NCBI GenBank assembly: GCA_950097015.1
Contig: CATNEN010000002.1
Location: forward strand, 3,224,001-3,288,000
Source of the DNA: Macrostomum hystrix
Lineage: Eukaryota; Animalia; Platyhelminthes
DNA length: 64,000 nt
Reading direction: 5' to 3'
Part shown: in pieces, positions 48,674-61,178 of the stretch
How the letters are laid out: each line of letters begins with the position of its first letter
Numbering within the stretch: position 1 is the stretch's first letter
Translations under genes and position numbers: made by a program
Notes under the pieces: model-generated
What the model saw: the letters and a program-made list of their open reading frames with translations, nothing else
Database searches by the model: none
Told to the model about the DNA's origin: nothing

Positions 48674-51600
48674 TTAACGCCTGAACTTGGTGAACACAAG
48701 CAGAATGGTGAACAGCACAACCAGGCCTGCCAGCACCAGAATGATTAGCATCTTGCGATTTTTCTTCTGGTACTTCTCCGCCTTCTTCAGCTGCTGAAGG
48801 CCTTCGTGCACTCGGGTCTCCACCAGGTCCAGGTTGTAGTCGATGCGGTCGATCACCTCGCCCTGGTCAACCACCAGGCGAGCCACGTCTGTGAAGATCT
48901 CGCTCAGCTCCTACAGGTGTTTTCACGACATGTCAAATTCGGATTTTAAAGGCCTGAAAGCATACAAGACTTTTCCTTTTAATCAAAATAGCACTAAATC
49001 CCCAATTGACAATAAACAATCACAACAAAATCCCATATAAACAATAGACAATCACAACAAAATTCCATATAAACAATAGAACAGCACAGAATATCATCCA
49101 ACTGCTGCGAGTTACCCAGTCAAATGAATCGAAAGTCGCCCACCTGTATGGAGCGCAGCACTGAGTTGATTTCCTGCTCCCGCTGCTGCACCAGAGCCGT
49201 GTTGTCCTCCACCAGCTGCAGAGCGAAGCCACGATCGATGAACTCCGACAGGCCGTCGTCGTCAGCTCCGGTGGCTGCCGATGAAGACGACCCGGCCGCG
49301 GCCGCAGCCGCCGCAGCCGCAGACGAGGTAGCGACTGGTGTTGAACGATCTTCGCGGGACTTCAAACGCCGAAGATAGGCCGACTGGGAGGCGCGGAATT
49401 CGCTGCTCATGTCCTGCAGACTGCGGGCCAGCGCCTGCGGGCGGCGGAGGCGACTCGCTTTGAAATTCTAGCCAATTTCAGCTACTACCTACTAATTCTG
49501 CACCCCAAGCCGCTGGCTTTGAGTTGCATCAACTTTACCTGCTGAATGTTGCAGCCGAATTGACTTCCGCTGGCCGATCTTTGACCTTCCAACGCCTTCA
49601 GTTTTCGATGGCAGCGGCTGAATGCGTCCGTCAGCTGTCTGGTGGCGTCCTGAATTCGTTGCTCCTCTTCGGCCGTGTCATCGAAAGTTGGCCTTCAAAT
49701 GTAACAGGAATTTAATGCTCATGGAGTGGGGCTACTATCAGAGAACTGTCTCAATTCCTAATATACTCAATTGATCAGTCAAGACTCGCACCTGTTCAAA
49801 TGTTTGTCATGCATCTGAGCCAGTTCTCGCATCTTAGCCCGGATGCGGTCAAAGTCGTACTGCATCTCCTCATAGCTGTGGACAACCTCCGGCACAACAG
49901 CTCCTTGACTGCCGCCACCAACACTGCCAGACTCGGTGTCATGACTGTCCCGACGTGAAATCAATGGCTTCTCATCACCAGTTTTCTAATAAATGTTAGA
50001 ACCAAAATATAACATTAAGCAGGCTAAGTCCAAGTTTACAAATTTTTGACTTATCTGACATTGGTAAGAAGCTGGATATCTTCCAGCTATCATTCTTGAC
50101 AGCAATATTTTATTTTAATTTTTCCACTAGTACATATAATTCTTTCACATAAAATGGAAATAAATGGAAATATATGCTAGACCCAGCTGAGATGTTACAG
50201 AACTACAAACTTACTGTTAGGCCCTACAAACTTACAGAAGTACCCAAGAGCATCTAACTTAATTTTGAAGAATTTCAATAACAAAAACATGTCATATAAC
50301 AATACCGGAAATAAAAAAAGGATTGGCCTTTAGCCTATGGTCAATATTTAACACAATTGTAGATTTTTATGAATATATTTATGATAAAAAGTATTGTGAT
50401 CAAGACATTACATTAAAAAGTTGTAATAATAGTGAAACTTGTATTTTTTCTTATGTCAAAAGTTACTACAAGCACATAAAATACTTAAATTTTACTATTA
50501 TTTTTTTGCTGTTAGAGTTTTTGCTTTTCATGTTTTCAGTTTATCTGTTTGGTGCCTTAACTTTACTATTTATCTATGCTTGTGTGTGCCAATTCTCTTC
50601 TTACTTGTTTGGAGTATGTATGCTAGGTGTTTTAGTCCTAGAGGTTGTAGCCTAGTGGTTAGGGCGTCGGACTCACGAGTTGAAGGTTGGGGGTTCAATC
50701 CCGACTCCACTGGAACAATTTGCGTCCTTTAGCAAGACACTTAACTCTGCATTGCTTCAGTTCACCTAGCTGTTAAATGGGTACCAGCATCAGCTGGGAT
50801 AAGTGAAGGTGGGTGTGGCGTCCTCCTAGTCCGTGGACTGAACAGCTGTACACAGCCTTCAGATGCGCTGCGCATTAGCTGTGGCTGTGCTGTCGGCTGC
50901 ACATCTGACCAAATTGGGGCAGGTGTGATCAATTATTATTATTATAATTTAGTCCTAGGGTGGGGTCAACTTTATATTTTATGTTCTGTGTTATGTTAAT
51001 ATATGTTTGTACTATTACTTCTCTCAATCATGAATTTTTTTGTCTCACTGCAGGCTTTTGTCTTGGCTTATTATTTGCAACATTTTGACATTGCAAGTAC
51101 TATCATTGGATCTCTATAAAGATATAAGACCCATTGCCCCTAAATGGAATCAAAGAGCTTCAGGCATGGGTTAAAGTCTTGATGATTAAGTGTGGTCTGC
51201 CCAACTAATCAAAGACAAATAGCTAGTAGCACCCAAAGAGCTTGCAAAGATGACATGAAATTACCAAATTGTCTCATTCAGTCTTTGGAAACATAAAGAA
51301 GAAGTACTGCTGATTGCAGAAAAAGGGGCTTTGATTTCAAGGCAAGGGTGAGACAAGGCTATGAGAGTTTTTTAGTCTAGAGAACAGGCATAGGTGAATT
51401 TAAGAAACTAAGAGGGCAAGGACATGGATTCTGCTGAGCATCCAATCTAGAAATGCTGGTCATTGCTGGTCTTAGCAACTCAGCGACCAGAAGCAAAGCC
51501 CTCAGGCAAGAAATGACATATAATTTTTTTATATTTGCTATTTTACATAAAATGCTACTTTCCTAAACATGCAATTTTCATGTTTGCATGCTGGCTCTGT

Positions 51601-51947
51601 GGTGCGCCGTCTTATGCTGCCTCCCTGACTTTTGGGGCTAGGGTCTGTTGTTTTTGTTGCTAGGCCTACTTTCCTAATGATACACATATTTGTTAAATAT
51701 AAATTAGGCCTAGGCCTACAAAAAGACTGAATAAATTTTCTTGATACATAAATAATGGAATAATTTATTAAAATAAATTATGGAAAATGTATACACAGAG
51801 TTTTTTGCAATTGAGAACCAGTACATATAATAGGAAATTATTTATAACATATTATCAGAAGCTTACATTGTCAGTATAGAAGCTCCTATGGCGAACTGCA
51901 TTGTCCCTCATAAGAATAAATATGCTAGTCGAATTTCGAGTCACCAT
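48674..51947 (-). CDS. STX16: Syntaxin-16 (Qa-SNARE), 318 aa; exons 51947-51867, 49985-49792, 49692-49539, 49434-49144, 48910-48674
   Basis: N-peptide MVTRNSTSIFILMRDNA, HDKHLNRPTFDD, SNARE motif ELSEIF...VVDQGEVIDRIDYN, and AEKYQKKNRKMLIIL plus TM. All introns are GT-AG with compatible phases (0, 2, 0, 0). Confidence 0.93.
50645..50935 (+). mobile_element. SINE family A copy in STX16 intron 1
   Basis: TTGTAGCCTAGTGGTTAGGGCG...GGTTCAATCCCG...TCCTTTAGCAAGACACTTAACTCTG; (ATT)n tail. Confidence 0.8.
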
Positions 51948-52504
51948 TATAATTTTGCTAGACTCTTGCTAGAGTAATATCAAAAGAACTTAGACTGCAG
52001 TGGCTGTGTCAGCTGTCAATTCGAGATCAGCATAGCTATAGCTAGGCCTTAGTCTTAGGCCCTAGTGAACAGATCTAGTTGGGTACCCAGATAAAAACGT
52101 GAAACAAACTGTTGTAGTCCTGTTTTTTCCTACTTATAAATGTAATTATAGTCTACCTACTTTTGTTATTGTTATCATATGACTGTAAGTCAATAATAGT
52201 AGCCTACGCCTTACTTATCTGTTATAATTTACATTTTATTTAAAAAAAATTGATTTTTAATGCAGAATGTAAAATAACAAAATTTTAAACTTGTATTGTA
52301 TTTGCTTTTTTCCACAAGTTATTAAACATGTCTGATTTTCTCTCTCGTACTCGTACCTTCTGTGTCGCCTGTTATAGTTTATATTTTGTTTTTTTCTGAG
52401 CCGGATTTCGCACTAATTATTTCGCACCATTTTATTTTAGTGTTCGGTGTTTCGTGCCCGTTAGGTTTCATATAATCATGACAGAAAAGCATCTGTAACG
52501 CATT

Positions 52505-54608
52505 TAAAACCTTATCAGCGAAGTGAAGCTACCTCCACATGCTGCTTGTTCGCAAACCGCCGACCATCTAGAAGTTCTGGAGGGATCTGAACACATGGTA
52601 GTTACATGGCGAGAGGTCCGGCGAGTAAGGTGGGTGAGGCAAAACGCTGAAGCCGAGGCTCGCGAGTTTGGCTTGGGTGATTCTAGCCTTAAGTGGTCGG
52701 GCATTGTCAAACAGAAGAACTTTGTCCCGGTGCCCTGGGCACACGGATCGCAGCTGCAGGTGGGCAACTTGCTCCAGTTCTTCGCAGATGACAGCAGCAG
52801 TGCAGACAGCCACACCATGCGGGATGAGCTCCCAGAAGATGGGGCCCGATGAGCAGAACCAGAAGGACAAGAGCTCCTTCCCACAGTGGGGGTTTTGCCT
52901 GGAGCAGATTGGTGGCTCTTCATCAGTGTAAGCCTTGCAAATACGCTTCAGAACATTGTATTTGCAAGGCTCACATGATTCGCGTACACGACGAGGCGTC
53001 CGTGGATCGATACGGCCCAGGAATGTGAGGAAGAAGTTCGGCGAGCGTTCGCTGGGGAGCGTGTGCGTGTGGGACAAAGAAACAGCTGCCCCTGTGTTAG
53101 CAATCTCCCAGCGTTTCTCCCTCTCTCCCCATTCTGCCTCTGTTGTGCGCGCTGCTTGAATTTAAATACACTGGAAGCGAGATCGGCAGAGCTTCGCTGC
53201 CGCTTTTCATGTGACTCCGGAGTCCACACAGAAACGGGCCTCTGGCCCGTGGAGCGTTTATCTCTCTGTTGCTGTGGCAGAAGGTAACAGGAAGGCAAAA
53301 CTTTCCTGTTATACGTGGTTCCCTGAGAGAGAGTCACCCTTTTCGCCTTTTTCAACGACGGGTGATTGCCGAAAGGTTCCTACACCGCTAGACACCAGAT
53401 TCCTGCAACGGCTTCAGAGAGAAACGAACAGAACGAACGTAACATCAGCAGAAAAAGCTATGCGACGCAGTCAACGTACCAGCAACTGAGTAACTATCTA
53501 CAATTCAGTATTGGCAGTAACTATCTACAATTCACGACCATCAACCTGGACAAAAAACTGCAAGTTAACCTCAAATGCTCTACTAGTTTTGAATTTGGTC
53601 AGACTACGGCAGCATGTGACAATGGAAAACAAAAGCGGTCGCAGTGGCTCTAATCGTGTTTTGGCCTACGAGCTATAGTTACTCACTGACACTAAATTTG
53701 CATGCACAAAAGACATGCCCTACGTGAAGCAGGTGAGCTTCACCGATTAACCAATTCGACTGCAAATGCTCGAAGAGAAGCCTGAGCTGCAACCCAGCAA
53801 GTCCGAAGAGGCTGTGGACAGTGGGTGCAGGCCAGGACAATTGCTGCAATAAGAAGACCAAATCGGGATCCCACGGCTCATCTGAAGCAACTTGGAAGAA
53901 AACTCGGCCTAAACTGAACAGAAGCTGCTGACTAGAATTTTATCTCCCTCAATTTTTAGGCAAACCAACTGGCTGGTACGGAACTACGCGTCGTGTCACC
54001 CCGAGACAACGTCATCATCAGGACAATTCAAGAAGAACGCGATCCAGACTGCCAAAGCACTGACAGGAGTGTCAGTTAGAAAAACGGGGGTATATGTAAG
54101 CCTTGCAAATACGCTTCAGAACATTGTATTTGCATGGCTCACATGATTCGCGTACACGACGAGTCGTCCGTGGATCGATACGGCCCAGGAATGTGAGGAA
54201 GAAGTTCGGCGAGCGTTCGCTGGGGAGCGTGTGCGTGTGGGACAAAGAAACAGCTGCCCCTGTGTTAGCAATCTCCCAGCGTTTCTCCCTCTCTCCCCAT
54301 TCTGCCTCTGTTGTGCGCGCTGCTTGAATTTAAATACACTGGAAGCGAGAGGCAGAGCTTGGCTGCCGCTTTTCATGTGACTCCGCAGTCCACACAGAAA
54401 CGGGCCTCTGGCCCGTGGAGCGTTTATCTCTCTGTTGCTGTGGCAGAAGGTAACAGGAAGACAAAACTTTCCTTTTATAATCAGCATTGACACAGACTGC
54501 CGATGCGATAGGATTTTCATATGAGAACCACTTCTCATCCTGCGCAATGATATGGACTTTAGAGATATGACGAGCGGGCCTGGAGGGAGCTAGGTTCGAA
54601 GTTGCCAT
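52505..54608 (-). mobile_element. Degenerate mariner transposase, split by an LTR element
   Basis: 5' piece IIAQDEKWFSYENP...VCVNA and 3' piece DEEPP...ELLSFW...FDNARP...HPPYSPDLSPCNYHVFRSLQN. Removing 52927-54479 and one TSD rejoins VNA-DEE in frame. Confidence 0.85.
52927..54479 (+). mobile_element. Non-autonomous LTR element (TRIM-like): LTRs 52927-about 53313 and 54095-54479
   Basis: Direct repeats of about 385 bp starting TGTAAGCC. PBS TGGTTCCCTGA at 53316-53326, PPT AGAAAAACGGGGG at 54078-54090, TSD (A)TCAG on both flanks. No long internal ORF. Confidence 0.85.
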
Positions 54609-54895
54609 CTCGACCCGAGTGCCTATCTGCTGGGGGTCACCCTATTAAAATTTTCTGACTAAAAAGTTTCTAAAAGTTGGCTGCAGCTAGTTTCTTACAT
54701 GTCTAAAAGTCGTCTAGAAGTAGACTCACTATTGACTAAAAACTTGCTAGAAATGGTCCTACTGTTACGAGAAAAGTCACTTTTGAAAGTTACTTTTTAG
54801 ACAATTATTAGACACCTTACTAAGTCACTAAGAGTCGTCTTAAGATCACTTTAAGATTTCTAAAAGTTGTTTTCTTATTAGCTTCTAGTTTACTT

Positions 54896-55813
54896 CAGTG
54901 TTATTTTTTTCGGGGTTGAGTAGTACCCGAATTGGGGTATCAAGCTTCCGAGTAGTACCCATTTTGGTGGAGCAATACCCCATGGCATTCCTAATTCTTC
55001 AAGTTCCATAAAAATGCAATTATGGCCAATGTCGGAAAAATTAACCCCATCATAAATATTGCAGTGCTTTTGGATAAATAGCTGTTCAGTGCGCAGCGTG
55101 TAGCAGTCTGTGATTGGGATAAGTTTTCTTTCCTATGATTATTTCCTTGTACTCCGATTCATAGTATCAAAGAAAAACTGTCATCTGTTCATGTACATTC
55201 TTTTTTCTCTTTCCCCTGCTGACTGACCCCACTACTTTGTAACGGGTCTGTCTCCAAAGTACATTTATTTCAAGCTTCAACAACAACAACCCCACTCCCC
55301 CCATCTCTCCCAATGCCATGATCGGTTCCCTCTTCCCTGCCCCCTTTTCGCATCCGACTCTCAGTCTCAGTCTCAGACTCCTCCGTCCCCGCTTCCGTCC
55401 CCACTCCACTCCCCGACACCACCCCTCTCCACTTTTTCTGGGCTAGCCTAGCAGCCAGCCACTCCAGTCGATGTACAAACTTACAAAGACCTATGTTGGC
55501 CCAGCCCAGGCCCCAGCTTATTATACCGATTCCCTCCCTTCCTTCCCATCCCATCCGAACTTAGTCATGGTCATAGGAGTCTAAGCCTCCAAGACTTAGA
55601 CTTAGTTCGCATTACCGGCTCCCTCTGTATGTCTGGCTCCAGCCTTTAAGTCTAAGAGATGTCCCCCAGGTCCAGATCCAGAAAAGCAAAGCCTTAATTT
55701 TTCAATGTCGAAAAGGTAATACCCCTTTTTGGGGTATCAAAGGGCAAAATAGTACCCCAAATCAGTTGACTAATACCCCATGGGGTACTAATTGGGGTTA
55801 AAAAAAAACCCTG
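54896..55813. mobile_element. Non-autonomous hAT-like DNA element (918 bp)
   Basis: Imperfect TIRs CAGTGTTATTTTTT / AAAAAAAAACCCTG and a perfect 8-bp TSD GTTTACTT. Subterminal TACCCC/GGGGTA motifs are clustered at both ends. Confidence 0.8.
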
Positions 55814-56294
55814 GTTTACTTCCAGTATTAGATATTCGCAGTATACTACTTTTTACAGTAGCTACTTTATTGCGCTTTATAGGCAGCTTTTAAATTGCTT
55901 TACTTAAGATCAATACCGTAAATATATATGCACTTTGGCACACATTTTATAGATTTAAATTAATTGAACCAGAAAGTAATTACCAAATTCAAACTAGTAT
56001 TAAGAAATTGAAGACACTAAACAGGCCGTTGATTAAAGCGTGGAGCGATAATTTATTATCATAATGACTTATGAGGTAAGCCATGAATAATATGCATGAA
56101 CAAATTTATGCATTTGATTTGTCGTTCGGTGTGTATTTGGCGATAACTTGAATTAAAAAAACGAAAACGGTAAAAATCAGTTCAAAATATTATTTCAAAC
56201 AAGCTAAAATCCAATAGTGACAATTCCAGAACCGAGTCTCGGAAAATTGAATCAGCAGCCACTATAAAAGCACAAAAAGGCAAAGGAAACATAC

Positions 56295-56635
56295 ATGAAA
56301 ATGGTAAAATGGGAATATCCCTTTAATGTACTACCAAAAAGCCCTGAGAAAAAAGCCCTGAAAGCCCCGGGTGACTTGGTGCTTGCCTTTTGGCCTGGCG
56401 ATGGCGAGCAGTGGTGGCCTGCAATTGTCTGCTTGCCGCTAATTTGCTAAGAGGCAAATTTGCTACACGTGGCAACCGCGTCCATGTTCAGTTTTTGGAC
56501 GAGCCCCCAAGCCGGGATTGGGTCGACAACGTGCGGCCCGCGGCAAACCATGGTATTGGCTTTGAGGCTAAAAGCCAGGCCTTCATCCTTTCCATGAAGA
56601 AACTGAAGCTGGCTTTAAAAATGTCCAGATTATAG
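56295..56635 (+). pseudogene. Frameshifted PWWP-domain remnant
   Basis: GDLVLAFWPGDGEQWWPAIVC in one frame and RGNRVHVQFLDEPPSRDWVDNVRP in the next; colinear with the PWWP of the YR ORF. Confidence 0.65.
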
Positions 56636-56937
56636 CGCCTCGAGCACTTTTTAAAAGTTTAACTGACTAGTAACTAAGTCTACTTACTGTCTTTTACTAA
56701 TTGCTTACTAATTACTAATTGCTAAAGGAACTAAGTCTTTTACTAATTGCATTTTCTTCAATTAAATCTCGAAATATACTCGTATTATAATTAGCTAATT
56801 TGTTTGTCAGCACAAAGAAAAAATTACAATTTAAAACTGTAATATTCTTCTGTCTCTGTCGTGTGTTCTACACATTATCTTTGACATGATATATATAACT
56901 CTATCCTCTCTCTTTCCCCGCCTGATGTCCATTCTGT

Positions 56938-58535
56938 CCAGCCAGCCTCAGCCATTTAAGGTCATTTTGTCCGGCCAGCCTCTCAGCCATTTAAGGTCAT
57001 TTTGTCCGGCCAGCCTCAGCCATTTAAGGTCATTTTGTCCGGCCAGCCTGTCAGCCATTTAAGGTCATTTTGTCCGGCCAGCCTCAGCCATTTAAGGTCA
57101 TTTTGTCCGGCCAGCCTGTCAGCCATTTAAGGTCATTTTGTCCGGCCAGCCTCAGCCATTTAAGGTCATTTTGTCCGGCCAGCCTCAGCCATTTAAGGTC
57201 ATTTTGTCCGGCCAGCCTGTCAGCCATTTAAGGTCATTTTGTCCGGCCAGCCTCTCAGCCATTTAAGGTCATTTTGTCCGGCCAGCCTGTCAGCCATTTA
57301 AGGTCATTTTGTCCGGCCAGCCTCTCAGCCATTTAAGGTCATTTTGTCCGGCCAGCCTGTCAGCCATTTAAGGTCATTTTGTCACTATTAGCCTGTCACT
57401 CACTAGTCTTTCACTCTGCGAGTCTGTCACTCACTCTACTAGTCTTTCACTCTGCGAGTCTGTCACTCACTATACTAGTCTTTCACTCTGCGAGTCTGTC
57501 ACTCACTCTACTAGTCTTTCACTCTGCGAGTCTGTCACTCACTCTACTAGTCTTTCACTCTGCGAGTCTGTCACTCACTCTACTAGCCTTTCACTCTGCG
57601 AATCTGTGACTCTATTAGCCTGTCACTCACTCAACTAGCCTTTCACTCTCCAAGTCTGTTGAGTAGAGTTGTGTAGCTCCAATTGAGTAGCTGTTTTTAG
57701 TAGGTATTGAGTGGCTAGTTTTTTTAGAGCTTGCTTTAGACAGGCCTTTCATCCAACATGAATTTGGAAACAATTGATTTGACTGCATTGTAAGAGTCGG
57801 GATGGAGGATTGAGATGGAGATTGGATGGAGATAGGATGGAGATTGGCGGGATGGAGGAAAAAAGCATTATCATACAAGCTACTATCTGATTGCCTATAC
57901 AGAAGGTGGCGCCTCGATATACAGTAGCTCAATTATTGGCATTTTTCACACAGTATATCAATAATAGAAGATAGAAGATAGAAAAACAACTCGCTTTGGA
58001 AGTTTCGGCCACACAGAAGAAATGGCACGATTGATTCAGTTGCAGATGATTAATGAAGACTGTGATTCTCATTTGTGGAATGTGTAAATGATAACCGTGA
58101 TGGCAGTTAAAAGAGGCGTATATGGATGGAAATAGGAGACAGGAGATAGGAGGGAGAGGAGATAGGGAAGAGTATCAGCAGAGAGTGGAGAAAGTAGAGA
58201 GTGGAGACAGCTGATTGTGGAGCCTGGAGAAATGGCTGACAGGCTGGCCGGACAAAATGACCTTAAATGGCTGAGAGGCTGGCCGGACAAAATGACCTTA
58301 AATGGCTGAGAGGCTGGCCGGACAAAATGACCTTAAATGGCTGACAGGCTGGCCGGACAAAATGACCTTAAATGGCTGACAGGCTGGCCGGACAAAATGA
58401 CCTTAGATGGCTGAGAGGCTGGCCGGACAAAATGACCTTAAATGGCTGAGAGGCTGGCCGGACAAAATGACCTTAAATGGCTGAGAGGCTAGGGGGCAAA
58501 ATGACCTTAAATGGCTGAGAGGCTGGGGGGCAAAA
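56938..58535. repeat. Foldback-like structure: inverted arrays of a 33-35-bp unit (56938-57383 and 58230-58535) around a spacer with a 36-bp repeat (57402-57600)
   Basis: CAGCCATTTAAGGTCATTTTGTCCGGCCAGCCT about 13 times on the left and its reverse complement about 9 times on the right. No TSD identified. Confidence 0.85.
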
Positions 58536-58609
58536 CTTGCTAGTAAACTGCTAAGTTTATTGCTTCTCTCACGCCGTAGCGGGTTGATTCAGCTAACTTT
58601 TAATTTTAG

Positions 58610-59025
58610 CGGTTAAAACTGCGCCGTTCCCTACTGGGCGTCTTTCGGAGCGCTTCGAAGCCATCAAGCAGCAGGCCAACAGTACCAATTTTACGGGCAC
58701 AGTCTTCCACGACATAAAGAATACCAATGACACCGAAGTCATGCCAAAACTCGCAGGCACCAGAAACATCTATCTAAAAGAGGGTGAAGGCGTCAACTTA
58801 TCATGCTTGCCTAGCAGCAACAATCTGGATGATGACGGGCTGCCATGTCATCGCTATTCCTGGGTGTACACGCCGCTAAAAAGTGCCCGGCAGTTGCTCG
58901 GACGCACTCGGCCCAAGATGATCCCATTGTACTCGGAGACTCAGCCGACATTGAACATCACCGGCGCGAAGCACGACAGCTCTGGCATGTACTATTGCCG
59001 TTGCCATCACTGCAGTCTTCAGTGA
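58610..59025 (+). pseudogene. Isolated Ig-domain exon ending in an inverted-duplication junction
   Basis: Acceptor TTTTAG|CG in phase 1; LKEGEGVNLSC...YSW...TLNITGAKHDSSGMYYC. The frame stops inside a 22-bp hairpin. Confidence 0.6.
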
Positions 59026-60774
59026 TGGCACCGGCAATAGTCATTAGGCAATAGGCAATAGGCAATAGGCAACTGATGAACGTCTTCTCACTGCAGTCAA
59101 ACGTACCAGGCCTAAATTGGAAAGAAAGCTTATGAGCTGGAGCTAGGGGTAACTTTGGAAGTATGCTTTTATTATCTATTTATTTATTTCTTATTTCCTA
59201 TTATTTCTATGAATTCCACAAACATTTCTGTTAATTCTGTGCTTTGCCGCTCATGTAGAGAATGAGCGGCAAATCGAGCCAGTGGGCAATAAAGAAAGCT
59301 TGAGTTTGTTCGCTCTTACGATGGCTTGCACGCAGCATTAGCCAATGGCTACGAAACAATGCTGAACGGAGGTCTGCGGCTAAACTGGCATAGGTACAAA
59401 ACACCTTGTCCAAAAGCCGTCAAGGCGGAGATAAAGGGTGCCGGTGAGGTGGAGATCATTAGAGGCTTTGTTTTAGAACTGGTTTTAGAATCGAATTTTA
59501 ACTGGGAATTACAAATCGGCTTAGACTCAGGAATGCCTCAAATGCGACCTAGAAATAGAATCTAAGGGAAAATAACAGCACGAAGACCAAGCTCGACTGT
59601 TTAAGCACGAACAGTTTTTCGGTTTCAATCGCTAGTCTTCAAAGTGTAGGCAATGGCAAATATTCGGGAAAATGAATCACTAGATGTCCCACCAATTGGA
59701 TTGAAAATGATTTTCTAGAAATTACAGTATTCCTGAATGCTCTCTGTCAACTACGAGTACTATAAACATAATGCATCTGTTGCACCAAGTTTCTCCAACC
59801 TCGACAACTGTCTTTCAAGAAGCATCAATAATCGAACCACCATTTCGTCAGTCATTTCACCCAGCTAAAACTGGTACGGTGAGGCATCACATCACATCAT
59901 GTCAGAGCATACAGAAGCACAAACGGATAGCATGCGGAACAACACGCTATGTTGAATCCCGTCAGTCTGAAGATCTATCAGTTTACAGTTACATACTGAA
60001 TGCGTGGTTCCTAATTACATCGTCGTCACGTTTGACTGAGGGCATCACGAATGTCGTCATTTCTACCAGTAGCACTAAAAATTGTAACAGGCCACCTTGT
60101 CAAAACATTTAAACAAACACGAGAATTTTTATAGCGAATGTAATATACCGAATTATCCCAAAATATTATACTGTATTAAATTCATGCGCAAAGTTGTTTT
60201 AATCCGCGAAATATCACAAAATATCTTGCTAAGCTCAAATTCGTGCCAATATCATTTAATTTGACTACGTTTGTTTTAATGCGCAAATACGAGCCAATTC
60301 CCGTATATTAATCCTTTTATGTTTTGCATCTTACCCCAATTAGTATCCCAATAAACCACTCGTACATCGTATATTCAGTATTTGTTGTCAACTTGAATCA
60401 GCAAACCCCTATAAATAGACGAGAATTCCTAAGGGAGAAACCGAACCCTTGTCTGACCCTGTCAGCCTTGCCTCACCTCATAATCTTGCGAACAAGCAAT
60501 TATTGAATCATCGAATTGCATGCAGATAGTTAGTTCAAGAGTTAGTTATTTAGCCGTGACCCTTTTAGTCATTGGAAGCCCAGCAAGACTGGAGTTTAAA
60601 CCAGAACTCAGCGCCTTGCAATAAACCGCTCGAGCCGAGTGAAAATCAAACTGCTGAGATCAGGGACTTAGCAATGAGAAACGCTACCGCACTGAACTGG
60701 GCCGGTCGCGACGGCTGCATTGTGGAGTGGACGGTTGTGAGTTATTATCAAGTTTCTCAAGTTTTAATTTCACT

Positions 60775-61116
60775 TAGAGAAGAGCGACGAACCTCCATGG
60801 GCACAACTGAGCACTTTAGAGTGGTGGTGTCGGGGTCCTTGGGATCGCTTCGCAGCAACACCCTCTTCACAGAGCTGCTTTGCACCGTCAGGTTTGAAAA
60901 TGCCACTGCGGACCCGGATCGTCTGTTGGAGCCTTCGCATCTGTACCGACCACTGTCTGACGGGCTGGCGTCCTTGATCACAAGGCGGGTCGACTTCTCA
61001 TCGCGCACCTGGTAGATTCGGGACGTATCTGCCAAACGACGTCCATCAGAGTCCTGCCACTCCAGCAGCCAGGCGGTGCCGTTGTAGCCGGGTTTTTGTC
61101 GCCTGACCAGGCGATG
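60775..61116 (-). CDS. Ig-like exon(s); connection to the laminin-type gene unresolved
   Basis: LEWQDSDG...STRLVIKDASPSDSGRYRCEGSN (Ig E-F strands), followed by the start of another domain (TTLKCSV). Confidence 0.6.
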
Positions 61117-61178
61117 CTGCAAATTCCCATCATAGCATGGTCTAGCCTTAGTCAGCAGTGGCTCTTATTTGACCAATT

